Assembly (NCBI GenBank): GCA_015489175.1
Contig: WGAI01000053.1
Coordinates: 9,519-73,518 of the forward strand
Origin: a candidate division WOR-3 bacterium
GTDB lineage: Bacteria > Hydrothermota > Hydrothermia > B15-G9
Length of the DNA stretch: 64,000 bases
Direction: 5' to 3'
Position 1 is the stretch's first letter. Each line of letters starts with the position of its first letter. Both the position numbers and the translations under genes were made by a program. Positions 9,999 through 19,288 of this stretch are shown in pieces. Below the pieces are notes generated by a model that was not told the origin of the DNA, made no database searches, and saw only the letters and a program-made list of their open reading frames with translations.

Positions 9999-10356
9999 CC
10001 CCGCCTCCTATCCTGAATTTTCCACGACATGAACGGCATGCGCATGGTCATAGGAGCGTCCTCAGCGACATGCAGGTGCGTAGATAGACTCGTGTAGCCT
10101 CTAAAAGGGAGTCGGAAGATATGAGTGGCTGGCCAATCCGCATCAAAGTTGCTGTTTTCCATCGTTATCCTTTCCCGATTTTCATGAGTCAAATTCCAGA
10201 TAAGGAACTGTAAGCTTACATACTAACCGCCTTTGATGTCAACAGGCCGTTATCACTCATTCAAAATGTTACCGAAATGAAAGCGATCTATGACTAAAAA
10301 AGCTACCTATGAGCTTCTCAGAATAAGGGGAGTTACTCTCTGTTCGATGAGCTTTA

Positions 10357-10398
10357 GTAACATTATCAAATGAGAGTTAACATTTTCCTGGTAACATT
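10357..10398 (+). repeat. Three direct repeats of GT(T)AACATT in the alaS upstream region
   Basis: gtaacatt at 10357, gttaacatt at 10376 and gtaacatt at 10391. A TTGACT -35-like hexamer follows at 10406, then a CCACGTGG palindrome at 10424-10431. Confidence 0.5.
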
Positions 10399-10569
10399 TT
10401 TTCATTTGACTTGATAAGTGGAACCACGTGGCACAGCGCATTACATACCAATGTCCCCTCGAAAACCTCATCACGATGTGGGACAGAGACCAACCTCTTC
10501 AAGATAAAATAATGAAGCCGTTTGGTTCTCTTTGACCACAAAATGAGAAATCGTTAAAATTTCATCACC

Positions 10570-13167
10570 ATGAAATGGACAGCTGACAAAGTAAGAAAAA
10601 CATTTCTGGATTTTTTCAAGGAGCGCGGTCATGTAATCGTGCCATCATCGCCACTGCTTCCGAAAGGCGATCCGACATTGCTTTTCACGAATGCCGGAAT
10701 GAACCAGTTCAAGCCGTATTTTCTGCGAATAGTGGAACCACCGTTCACGCGCGCAGCTTCATGCCAAAAATGCATGAGGGCAGGCGGAAAACACAACGAC
10801 CTTGACAATGTTGGTTTCACACGTAGGCATCACACCTTCTTCGAGATGCTGGGCAACTTCAGTTTCGGCGACTACTTCAAAAAAGAAGCAATCACATGGG
10901 CATGGGAACTCCTGACAGATGTGTATGGACTTGAGAAAGAGAAACTCTGGATAACGATATTCCGCGACGACGATGAGGCATTTTACATCTGGCGTGATGA
11001 GGTCGGCGTGCCTGAAGACCGGATAATCAGGATGGGCGAAAAGGACAACTTCTGGGAGATGGGCGAGACAGGGCCGTGTGGGCCATCGACCGAGATTCAC
11101 TACGATCTCGGCCCGGAGATAGATCCCAACCAGAAATCCGTCAGAGAAGAAGGCGAGCGTTTTCTCGAACTGTGGAACCTCGTTTTCACGCAATACAATC
11201 GGCAGCCTGATGGGTCACTTGAGCCGTTGCCTCACAAAAACATCGACACAGGTATGGGATTAGAGCGCATTCTCGCTGTGCTTCAAGGCGTTGACTCAAA
11301 CTATCACACAGACCTGTTCATGCCACTCATTCGGGAAGTGGAGAGGATAACCGGGGTGAAATACAAGCCCGACATCGAGGGCGCGCCACACCGCGTCCTT
11401 GCCGATCACATTCGTGCCCTGTCGTTCGCCATCGGAGACGGCATCTACCCATCCAACTTCGGCCGCGGCTATGTGCTCAGGCGAATACTGAGGCGGGCGC
11501 ATCGTTTCGCTCAGAAACTGGATGTAAATGAGCCTATCCTTTATCGGCTTGTGGGCGTTGTGGCCGAGATAATGGGCGACACTTACCCTGAAGTGCGGCT
11601 CAAGAAAACGGAGATCGCTCAGATCATCAAATCCGAAGAAGAGCGGTTCATAAAGACCATCGCGCGTAACATCCCGAGATTGCTTGAAGCGCTCGGCAGG
11701 GCTAAGGAGACAGGTGTTCTGTCGGGCGAGGATATATTCAAACTCTACGACACATACGGCCTGCCGCTCGACCTCATAGAGGATTACGCCAGCGACGCCG
11801 GCGTGGAAATGGATATGGACGGATACAACCGCTACATGGCCGAGCAGCGCGAGCGTGCGAGGAAAGCGGTTCAATTTGAAGCGACACCGTGGGAGATTTT
11901 CGACAATTCGTATCAGGCAAGCGAATTCGTAGGATACGATACCCTTGAAACAGACGGCAAAATCGTCAAAGCACGGCGTAGATCCGATGGCAAATGGGAG
12001 ATAGTGCTCGACAGGACATCGTTCTATGCGGAATCCGGCGGTCAGGTCGGCGATCGGGGCAGGATAATCGGCATAAACGATGACTTCGAATTCATCGTGG
12101 AGGACACTCAGAGGATCGAGGGAGACATCATCCACATCGGAAAAGTCAAAAACGGGGAAATCAAAGGGCAAAAAGTCCATGCCGCTGTCGATAAAGAACA
12201 TCGATTTGCTTGTGCGCGTGCTCATACAGCAACACATCTCATGCATGCCGCACTCCGCGAGGTACTCGGCGAACATGTGCGTCAGGAAGGTTCGCTTGTG
12301 GAACCCGACAGGCTCAGATTTGACTTCGCGCATTTTCAGGCCATGACCCACGATGAGATCAAGCGCGTCGAGCAGATCGTCAACGAAAAAATACTGGAAA
12401 ACATTGAGCTTACGGTTGAATACATGGATTATCATCGTGCTATCGAGTTAGGCGCCATCGCGCTGTTCACGGAGAAATATGGCCAGAAGGTGAGGGTTGT
12501 CTCGATAGGCGATTTTTCAAAGGAGCTCTGCGGCGGAACGCACTGCAAACGCACAGGTGACATCGGATTTTTCAAGATCATAAAAGAGGAAGCGGCGGCG
12601 GCTGGCATCCGCAGAATTGACGCCTACACCGGCATGAAAGCGCTCCGCTGGGTGTGGGATGTTGAGGAGACATTGAACGAGGCGGCTTCCGTGCTGTCCG
12701 TCGAGCCATCTAAATTGCCCGTCAGAGCCAGAAAGCTCATCGAGGAGCTTGAAGAGGAGAAAGAGCGTTCATCGAACCTGCTCGATCGACTTGCCGCCAC
12801 AGTGGCACGAGAGCTGGCATCCAGTGCTGAGAGTGTGGGCGAGGTCAAAGTTTTCTGGGGCGTGGTCAAAGGCATTGACATAGAGGGACTGCGTCGTGTG
12901 GCCGACAATCTGGTGGCCCAAACCGATGGCTCGTATGTTATCTTGCTCGGCGGTATCCTCAAAGGCAGGCCCTCGGTGTTCGTCAAAGTCCACAAGAGCC
13001 TTACCGACAGGGTGTCGGCCGTGAAACTCGTCCGTGAAATCGGCAAGGAAATACGGGGTGGAGGCGGCGGAACCGCCGAAAAAGCCGAAGGCGGCGGGAA
13101 AAACGCCTCAAAGCTCGAATCTGCCATAAAATCGGCAGTCGAAAAACTGAAAGAACAATTAGCTTGA
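10570..13167 (+). CDS. alaS: Alanine--tRNA ligase
   Basis: 865 aa. Class II aaRS catalytic core (MKWTADKVRKTFLDFF...FTNAGMNQF...MLGNFSFGDYFK). Editing-domain HxxxH...CGGTHV motifs. C-terminal DHHA1-like tail. Confidence 0.95.
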   Translation: MKWTADKVRKTFLDFFKERGHVIVPSSPLLPKGDPTLLFTNAGMNQFKPYFLRIVEPPFTRAASCQKCMRAGGKHNDLDNVGFTRRHHTFFEMLGNFSFGDYFKKEAITWAWELLTDVYGLEKEKLWITIFRDDDEAFYIWRDEVGVPEDRIIRMGEKDNFWEMGETGPCGPSTEIHYDLGPEIDPNQKSVREEGERFLELWNLVFTQYNRQPDGSLEPLPHKNIDTGMGLERILAVLQGVDSNYHTDLFMPLIREVERITGVKYKPDIEGAPHRVLADHIRALSFAIGDGIYPSNFGRGYVLRRILRRAHRFAQKLDVNEPILYRLVGVVAEIMGDTYPEVRLKKTEIAQIIKSEEERFIKTIARNIPRLLEALGRAKETGVLSGEDIFKLYDTYGLPLDLIEDYASDAGVEMDMDGYNRYMAEQRERARKAVQFEATPWEIFDNSYQASEFVGYDTLETDGKIVKARRRSDGKWEIVLDRTSFYAESGGQVGDRGRIIGINDDFEFIVEDTQRIEGDIIHIGKVKNGEIKGQKVHAAVDKEHRFACARAHTATHLMHAALREVLGEHVRQEGSLVEPDRLRFDFAHFQAMTHDEIKRVEQIVNEKILENIELTVEYMDYHRAIELGAIALFTEKYGQKVRVVSIGDFSKELCGGTHCKRTGDIGFFKIIKEEAAAAGIRRIDAYTGMKALRWVWDVEETLNEAASVLSVEPSKLPVRARKLIEELEEEKERSSNLLDRLAATVARELASSAESVGEVKVFWGVVKGIDIEGLRRVADNLVAQTDGSYVILLGGILKGRPSVFVKVHKSLTDRVSAVKLVREIGKEIRGGGGGTAEKAEGGGKNASKLESAIKSAVEKLKEQLA

Positions 13168-13175
13168 TGGTTTTC

Positions 13176-13209
13176 AAGGCCATTTAACGAATTGCGGCCT
13201 TATCGTTTT
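13176..13209 (+). terminator. Weak rho-independent terminator candidate after alaS
   Basis: AAGGCC...GGCCTT stem with a 14-nt loop, followed by ATCGTTTTG. Confidence 0.35.
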
Positions 13210-13229
13210 GAAAAAAATGGTATTTAAAA

Positions 13230-13341
13230 ACCTCTCCGAGCCAGGTTGCCTAAAGGCGCACCGCCCATGGAGCCTGGCCAATGGGTGTGTGGGGAAACCC
13301 GCATCGCCTCCCGTGTTTGGAAAGGAGAGGGTTATTCAAAC
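13230..13341 (+). promoter_or_regulatory. Structured 5' leader of aor with anti-Shine-Dalgarno hairpin (candidate riboswitch)
   Basis: Nested hairpins GCCAGG...CCTGGC and GCC-taaa-GGC. CCTCCC (13296-13301) can pair with the RBS GGAGAGG (13322-13328) immediately upstream of ATG 13342. Confidence 0.3.
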
Positions 13342-15174
13342 ATGGGAGGTGTTATTATGCCTGGGACATACGCTGGTAAGCTGCTCAGGATCAACCTGAG
13401 CACAGGCGATATAAAGGTCGAGGAGATACCAGAGGAGTATCTCCGCAAATACATAGGTGGCCGCGGTCTGGCGTCCTACTACCTCTACAAGGAGATAGAT
13501 CCGAAGATCGACCCGCTGAGCCCGGAGAACAAGATCATATTCGCGACAGGGCCGCTCTCCGGAACAGCTGCACCGACAGGCGGTAGATACATGGTTGTAA
13601 CCAAAGGGCCTCTCACCGGAACCATCGCATCGAGTAACTCCGGCGGCTTCTTCGGCGCAGAGTTGAAACATGCCGGTTACGACATGCTGATCGTTGAGGG
13701 CAAGTCCGAGAAACCGGTTTACATATACATCAACGACGACACGGTGGAAATTCGGGATGCATCTCACCTGTGGGGCAAAGACACGCACTACACAACAGAC
13801 AAACTGCGCGAAGAGGTCGGCATCAAAAACGCAAAGGTTGCATGCATAGGCCCAGCCGGTGAGAACCTCGTCAAATTCGCCGCCGTGATCAACGACAAGC
13901 ATCGTGCGGCAGGAAGGACCGGCGTAGGCGCCGTCATGGGTAGTAAAAAGCTCAAAGCGATAATCGTCAAGGGCAGCAAGAGGCCCAAGGCCGCGTCGGA
14001 CGAGTTCCTGCATGTGATTCGCGAAAAGACCGACACACTTAGAAAGGATCCGATAACCGGTGAAGGGCTGCCGAAACTGGGCACCAAGGTGCTGGACAAC
14101 ATCATCAACCAGAACGGGCTGTATCCCACTCGCAACTTCCAGACGGGCGTTTTCGAGAAGACCCATGAGGTTTCAGGTGAGGCACTCGTTGAAAAGGGAT
14201 ATTTGGTGAAAAACAGGGCATGTTACGCCTGCCCGATTGCGTGCGGCAGGGTCACAAAGTTGCCAACAGGGCTTGAAGGCGAAGGTCCTGAATACGAAAC
14301 TGGATGGGCGTTTGGCGCAAACTGCGGCGTGTCAGACTTAAACGCAATAACAGAGGCCAACTTCCTTGCAAACGAATTGGGCCTCGATACCATCTCCACA
14401 GGAACAACGATTGCCTGTGCCATGGAGCTGTATGAGAGGGGCATCCTGCCGAAAGAGGATCTTCAGAAAGGTCCGGAACTTCTTTTCGGCAACTCAGAGG
14501 CGATCGTGTATTACACTAAACAGATCGCTTATCGCGAAGGTCTTGGTGACAAACTCGCTGAGGGCTCTTATCGATTCGCCGAATCCTACGGCCATCCGGA
14601 ATACTCCATGAGTGTGAAGAAACAGGAGCTGCCGGCCTATGATCCTCGTGGCGCTCAGGGTCATGCATTGGAGTATGCCACATCGAACCGCGGCGGCTGC
14701 CATGTGCGTGGCTACATGATCTCGCCTGAGATCCTCGGCGTGCCTGAAAAACTCGATCCGCAGAGCCTTGAAGGCAAAGCCGAATGGGTCAAAATCTTCC
14801 AAGATCTCACGGCTGTGATCGATGCTGAGGGATTGTGCCTGTTCACATCGTTCGCACTCGGCGCAGACGATTACCGTGATATGCTGGCAGCAGCGACCGG
14901 ATGGGACATTACCACTGAGGAGCTGATGAAAGCTGGCGAGAGAATTTGGAACCTGGAGCGCATGTTCAACCTGGAAGCCGGCATAGACCCGAAAGAAGAC
15001 ACACTGCCTAAGAGGATGCTTGAGGAGCCCATGCCGGATGGCCCGAACAAGGGCGCTGTTGTCAAACTCAGCGAACTTCTGCCCAAATACTACGAGGTCA
15101 GAGGATGGACGAAAGACGGGATACCAACAGAGGAAAAAATCAAGGAACTGGGGCTGGAGGAGCTGAAAAAGTAA
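13342..15174 (+). CDS. aor: Tungsten-containing aldehyde:ferredoxin oxidoreductase (AOR family)
   Basis: AOR N-terminal domain ([37 protein letters not shown]). Conserved AOR cofactor motifs ([11 protein letters not shown]; GLDTIS). Start chosen at the ATG at 13342, preceded by AAGGAGAGG. The track ORF starts further upstream at 13246. Confidence 0.9.
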   Translation: MGGVIMPGTYAGKLLRINLSTGDIKVEEIPEEYLRKYIGGRGLASYYLYKEIDPKIDPLSPENKIIFATGPLSGTAAPTGGRYMVVTKGPLTGTIASSNSGGFFGAELKHAGYDMLIVEGKSEKPVYIYINDDTVEIRDASHLWGKDTHYTTDKLREEVGIKNAKVACIGPAGENLVKFAAVINDKHRAAGRTGVGAVMGSKKLKAIIVKGSKRPKAASDEFLHVIREKTDTLRKDPITGEGLPKLGTKVLDNIINQNGLYPTRNFQTGVFEKTHEVSGEALVEKGYLVKNRACYACPIACGRVTKLPTGLEGEGPEYETGWAFGANCGVSDLNAITEANFLANELGLDTISTGTTIACAMELYERGILPKEDLQKGPELLFGNSEAIVYYTKQIAYREGLGDKLAEGSYRFAESYGHPEYSMSVKKQELPAYDPRGAQGHALEYATSNRGGCHVRGYMISPEILGVPEKLDPQSLEGKAEWVKIFQDLTAVIDAEGLCLFTSFALGADDYRDMLAAATGWDITTEELMKAGERIWNLERMFNLEAGIDPKEDTLPKRMLEEPMPDGPNKGAVVKLSELLPKYYEVRGWTKDGIPTEEKIKELGLEELKK

Positions 15175-15176
15175 CG

Positions 15177-15446
15177 ATGGAGTTCTTCGCCACCCTGAGG
15201 CTTGCCCTCGGGGTGGCCTCCATCGCTTTTGAGCTGGACACCCCGACCACCATCAAACAACTTGTTGACATGGCGTCTCAGAAATTAGGCACAGACATCT
15301 CTCAAAAACTTTTTGACGGCGATAAGATCAAGCGAGGCACGATGATACTCGTCAACGGCAAAAACATCCATCACCTTAACGGGCTGGACACCCTCGTGGA
15401 GCCCGGCGATAGGATCGCGGTCTTCCCACCCGCGGGAGGCGGCTGA
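15177..15446 (+). CDS. MoaD/ThiS-family ubiquitin-like sulfur-carrier protein (C-terminal Gly-Gly)
   Basis: 89 aa. Beta-grasp-like sequence ending ...DRIAVFPPAGGG. It starts 2 nt after the AOR stop, and the MoeB-like gene starts 2 nt after its own stop. Confidence 0.75.
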   Translation: MEFFATLRLALGVASIAFELDTPTTIKQLVDMASQKLGTDISQKLFDGDKIKRGTMILVNGKNIHHLNGLDTLVEPGDRIAVFPPAGGG

Positions 15447-15448
15447 TA

Positions 15449-16120
15449 ATGCTTATTTCCGAGATATTTGAGCGGCATGTCAGATTGATCGGACACGACT
15501 GTTTCAAAAAACTGGCGAATTCAGCCGTGTTGGTTGCAGGCATAGGCGGACTTGGTTCAACAGTGGCTCAGCTTCTCGCAAGAACAGGCATCGGAACATT
15601 GCATTTAGTTGATTTTGATAGGGTTGAGGAAAATAACCTGAACAGACAGATACTCTACACGCGCCAAGACATCGGCTACTACAAGGTGGATGTGGCTGCA
15701 AAACGGCTCAAGGAGATCGTCCCCCACATAAAAATCGTGCCCCACAGAGCAAAACTTTCACCGGAATTTATACTGCCAGATGTGGATGTGATCGTTGACT
15801 GCCTTGACAATTTCAGCGATAGGTTTGTCCTCGACATGCTCGCTGAGGACAAAAACATTCCCCTTGTGCACGGCGGCGTTGCCCGATTTCACGGGCAGGT
15901 TACCGTCATCAAATACGGGGAAACACAGACTATACGCGACATCTTCGAGGAGGTGGAGGATAAGGATAAAATCCCGGTTTTTCCGCCACTCGTCACGCTC
16001 GTCGGATCAATACAGGCATCTGAGACTGTGAAACTTCTGTGTGACCTCGGTCCATCCCTTGTCGGTAAGCTCCTCCTGATCGATCTCCTCGCCAATACAA
16101 TCGACACCATAGATCTGTGA
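15449..16120 (+). CDS. MoeB/ThiF-family E1-like adenylyltransferase
   Basis: 223 aa. Nucleotide-binding motif VLVAGIGGLGSTVAQLLARTGIG..LHLVDFDRVEENNLNRQ. Confidence 0.8.
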   Translation: MLISEIFERHVRLIGHDCFKKLANSAVLVAGIGGLGSTVAQLLARTGIGTLHLVDFDRVEENNLNRQILYTRQDIGYYKVDVAAKRLKEIVPHIKIVPHRAKLSPEFILPDVDVIVDCLDNFSDRFVLDMLAEDKNIPLVHGGVARFHGQVTVIKYGETQTIRDIFEEVEDKDKIPVFPPLVTLVGSIQASETVKLLCDLGPSLVGKLLLIDLLANTIDTIDL

Positions 16121-16513
16121 TTATCCCTCCATAAGTCCCTTTATCGGGAAATAGAACCTGAGCATGTAGAAAACAAAAATGACAAAGTAAGGAACATAGA
16201 GTTTCCACGATCCATACATCATGGCAATCCCGGTTCCCAGAAGGATTATGATCACGCCCGCAAGGAGAACGACAAGAGATATGACAAAACGAAACATCGC
16301 ATTCTCGCCCCACTGTTTCAGAAAAAACAGGACAAGCCGCATCGAGATAAATAGCACACCGATTATCAAAAATGTCAGCACCAGCATGGGATACGCATCC
16401 CCGGTCGAAGCCGTCTTTGAAACAGGGAAAAAAGCGAGCGAGAACGGCAGCAAACTCAAAAGGAACTCTCCAATGGCAATCCATTTGACAATGCTATCCA
16501 GTTTCTGCGTCAA
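16121..16513 (-). CDS. Small integral membrane protein (4 predicted TM helices), function unknown
   Basis: 130 aa, strongly hydrophobic. It is convergent with the MoeB-like gene (stop codons abut). Confidence 0.4.
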   Translation of the reverse strand: MTQKLDSIVKWIAIGEFLLSLLPFSLAFFPVSKTASTGDAYPMLVLTFLIIGVLFISMRLVLFFLKQWGENAMFRFVISLVVLLAGVIIILLGTGIAMMYGSWKLYVPYFVIFVFYMLRFYFPIKGLMEG

Positions 16514-16587
16514 AAATCACCTCCTTGAGGGTTGTAATTTCGTTGTTTTACGCAGTTTCAAATCAACCGATCACTGCGATGTGAGTC

Positions 16588-17445
16588 CTATCCACCTGTT
16601 ACCTTGCCCCCGCCGCTTCCTTTTATAGCATTGAGCAAAATTTCTATCGGTGAAGTTATTGTCGTTCCGATGATGAACTTTTGCCCGCTCGCCTGCTCCT
16701 GCGATTGGGTGGTATTTTCACCACCGAGAGAGAACTCAAAGCTCACGCCAACCTGAAGTATATCACCTTGAGGCGCAGTGACTGCAAACCCCAATCCGAT
16801 ACCGGGCTTCCTCGAATCGGCCTGATAAAGCGAGACGAATAGGCCGAAGTGCTCGACAAGAGGATTCCTCGACACACGGTAGAATGTGAACGACATTGCT
16901 GGCTTGTAAACAGGTGAAGAGCCTTTCTGAAGCACTACAACGGGCACAGTCGATACATGTGGCGATGGCCCGCCTGTTATCGAACCAAAAGAAAATCCTG
17001 TCCTCCTAAGAGTATAGATAAATGTTTGGGATGGAAGAGGTTGACCTTCGTTTGGATCGTAAACGACCACTTTTATCCTGTCAAACTCGTTCATGCCTGT
17101 GAGCTCTATCTCTGCGTCCTTTATGTCGGCCCTCCTCGCAATGTATTGCAATCTGCCGCTGGTGTCGATCCACGAATACAGAGGGACTGTGACTTCAACT
17201 GATTTACCGCTTCTCGATATCTTGAAGGCGCGCACAAGCACGGTAGTTTCACCGCTCTTTTTCACCTCATCGCTGAACTTCACAACTATCATGCTTCTCA
17301 TATCCACGACACCGCGGTTCCGCTTCAGCACGATCGTGTCGCCCGACTGCGTAACCTCAAGCACCTGAAAATCCTGCCTGTTCAATGCGTTTGCCTGAGA
17401 AAAGAGCAGAAGAACGGCCGCCACGGCATATATCTTTTTAATCAT
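16588..17445 (-). CDS. Secreted protein of unknown function
   Basis: 285 aa. Signal peptide MIKKIYAVAAVLLLFSQANA. Beta-rich, with a Gly-rich C-terminus. It overlaps the upstream gene by 8 nt. Confidence 0.45.
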   Translation of the reverse strand: MIKKIYAVAAVLLLFSQANALNRQDFQVLEVTQSGDTIVLKRNRGVVDMRSMIVVKFSDEVKKSGETTVLVRAFKISRSGKSVEVTVPLYSWIDTSGRLQYIARRADIKDAEIELTGMNEFDRIKVVVYDPNEGQPLPSQTFIYTLRRTGFSFGSITGGPSPHVSTVPVVVLQKGSSPVYKPAMSFTFYRVSRNPLVEHFGLFVSLYQADSRKPGIGLGFAVTAPQGDILQVGVSFEFSLGGENTTQSQEQASGQKFIIGTTITSPIEILLNAIKGSGGGKVTGG

Positions 17446-18241
17446 TGTAATCCTCCTTGTTTAAATCTGTCTCCTCCGCAACATCTTCGGGGTTTCCTAA
17501 CTGGGTGACCCGTTTCAGCATATCCCTGAACTTGCGGGGAGAAGGATTGATGTAAGTTTCCACAACAGATCCATTTTGATCCATGGTGGCAACCAGAGGG
17601 ATTAACCTCAAACCACCGGGTTTGAGCTCCTCATAAACATCCCACAGGTTATCGTAATCACAGATCACATAAAGGAACAAAATTTCGTCTTTGTGGGCTC
17701 TGGCGAACTCACGAAACATCCTGTCGAATGCCTCGCGCTCCTTGCCCTTGAAATAATTTGTGACAAATGCGGCCGCTTTCGGCAGGGGTTTATCTTTCAG
17801 CTCCTCCCAATGAGTTTTGTCTGTCACGGTGATAAAAGGCCGCCTGCCACCAGAAGCCATAACCGCCATCTTAACGAGGTCTCGGAACCTCTTGGGCGGT
17901 GGATTTATCTCCTTTTTGATGAGCTTACCATCGATGTCATAAACAGCCACCATCGGAAAGATGTCGAGCCCGCTAGACACATCCTCAAACACGTTCCGCA
18001 GCTCATCCTCATCCACATTGACATAGAGAAAGATCGCCTTTTTGTAATAAGCGGCGGCGAACTGATCGAATATGTTGTCGAACTGACGCCTCTCCTCCCC
18101 GACAAATCCGTTGCTGACAAAAGCGACAACCTTGGCCCTTTTTAAGGAGATTTTCTCATCCCATGAATCGATGTCTTTGACAAGATAATACATTTCAACC
18201 TCCCTTAATTTTGGTAAGCTTATGTTAATACTATCGAGCAT
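17438..18241 (-). CDS. Protein with two tandem thioredoxin-like-fold modules lacking CxxC
   Basis: 267 aa. Internal duplication: ...GEERRQFDNIFDQFAAAYYKKAIFLYVNVDEDELRNVFE... and ...GKEREAFDRMFREFARAHKDEILFLYVICDYDNLWDVYE.... Neither half has a redox-active Cys pair. Confidence 0.4.
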   Translation of the reverse strand: MLDSINISLPKLREVEMYYLVKDIDSWDEKISLKRAKVVAFVSNGFVGEERRQFDNIFDQFAAAYYKKAIFLYVNVDEDELRNVFEDVSSGLDIFPMVAVYDIDGKLIKKEINPPPKRFRDLVKMAVMASGGRRPFITVTDKTHWEELKDKPLPKAAAFVTNYFKGKEREAFDRMFREFARAHKDEILFLYVICDYDNLWDVYEELKPGGLRLIPLVATMDQNGSVVETYINPSPRKFRDMLKRVTQLGNPEDVAEETDLNKEDYND

Positions 18242-18247
18242 GTATGT

Positions 18248-19252
18248 TCAAGTTTCGATAGTGTGTGTTTTTTTAGCATTTCTATAAGCTTTGAGGAGGG
18301 TTGCCCATGCCATTTCAGGATCATCGCTCCTGATGTATGACATGTAAGCTGTGGCTCGATAGCTCCATGCCGCAAGATTGGCCACTCCTGCGTCGCGCGC
18401 TGCTCGAACTGCAATCTCGATGTCGCCTTCCTTACCGGACGGGATTCCAAACAGCTGAATCCATATCTGAGGCTCTTTTCTGTATTTATTTGCGAGGTTC
18501 ATGACCATGTCGGAGAACTTGCGGACATGGTGGTAAACATCCTCGCCTGTGAGTTTGCGCGGCACCCAATACGGGTCTGTACCGACGATATCGATCTCAG
18601 GCATGGAGAATATTGTATCCCAATGTGTGGCTTCGTGTTCCCTTGGCAACATGCAAACCGCTGTCCTCATTCCAAGCTCTTTCGCCTTTGCGGCAAGCTT
18701 TTTCAGGAATTCGGCTATCGACTGGAATCTGAACTCCATAACCTCATCTGTGAGCTCAAGCGGCATATCGTGGCCATACATCTCTTTGAACTTGCGCTGG
18801 CAATGCTCACACCTGCAGGCCCATTTGTCACTCCTTGCCGAGAAATGTGGCTCGTCGAAGAAAACGACATCTGCCCCTGTGTCAGCGGCCTTCTCAAGCC
18901 ATTCCATCATGTAATCGACAGTTTTCGGATTATTGGGGCATGCTGCAGGAGCGGTTTCTCCATTGGAGTAAACCTGATTGGCGTCGCGGTTTCTCGCAAC
19001 GAATCTGGAAAAGGCCTCTCCACCGAATATCCCCAGAACACCCCACGGATCGATGTAAACCTCAAGTCCCATCTTATGGCTTAACTGCACAATCTCAACC
19101 ATCGTGTCGTGATAAAATATCATGTCGTTCTCTGTGTAGGTGTGTACAACGAAATCTATGCCGTTTGATGCCATATCGTAAAGATCATGAGCCACATGCA
19201 AAGGATTTCTCACACCGAAATATGAGACACCGACCTTAACCTCATCCTTCAT
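18248..19252 (-). CDS. Hypothetical TIM-barrel-like protein (possible glycosyl-hydrolase-like fold) with CxCxxC motif
   Basis: 334 aa. Alternating beta/alpha pattern (VGVSYFG, VYIDPWG, VVFFDEP). Cys cluster CRCEHC. No family assignment possible by eye. Confidence 0.35.
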   Translation of the reverse strand: MKDEVKVGVSYFGVRNPLHVAHDLYDMASNGIDFVVHTYTENDMIFYHDTMVEIVQLSHKMGLEVYIDPWGVLGIFGGEAFSRFVARNRDANQVYSNGETAPAACPNNPKTVDYMMEWLEKAADTGADVVFFDEPHFSARSDKWACRCEHCQRKFKEMYGHDMPLELTDEVMEFRFQSIAEFLKKLAAKAKELGMRTAVCMLPREHEATHWDTIFSMPEIDIVGTDPYWVPRKLTGEDVYHHVRKFSDMVMNLANKYRKEPQIWIQLFGIPSGKEGDIEIAVRAARDAGVANLAAWSYRATAYMSYIRSDDPEMAWATLLKAYRNAKKTHTIET

Positions 19253-19288
19253 TTTCGTTCCTCCGTTTTGATGAGTTCCTATTTTAAA

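Noticed and set aside
9995-10192. 65-aa ORF overlapping the UbiA start by 4 nt
   Set aside because: No motifs, a weak start context and unusual composition. It could be a real leader peptide, but there is no support from the sequence alone.
10357-10398. Possibility that the GTAACATT repeats are a CRISPR array or iterons of a plasmid origin
   Set aside because: The units are only 8-9 nt with irregular 14-20-nt spacing. No cas or rep genes are nearby.
10410-10440. T-box-riboswitch-like core (GTGGAACCACG vs consensus GGUGGNACCGCG) in the alaS leader
   Set aside because: Only a partial match. I find no specifier loop, antiterminator/terminator pair or U-tract. The organism is diderm, where T-boxes are rare. 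I kept it only as a remark inside the alaS-leader finding.
11296-12435. 379-aa antisense ORF inside alaS (and similar long antisense ORFs such as 13336-14166 in aor, 24770-25234, 60882-61382)
   Set aside because: They lie fully within strongly supported sense-strand genes. They have no RBS or recognisable motifs and low-complexity composition. They are typical frame-shadow ORFs.
13246-13341. Upstream in-frame extension of the AOR ORF (track start 13246)
   Set aside because: The extension encodes no AOR-like sequence. The ATG at 13342 has a proper RBS and begins the conserved AOR N-terminus. The upstream segment is better explained as a structured leader.
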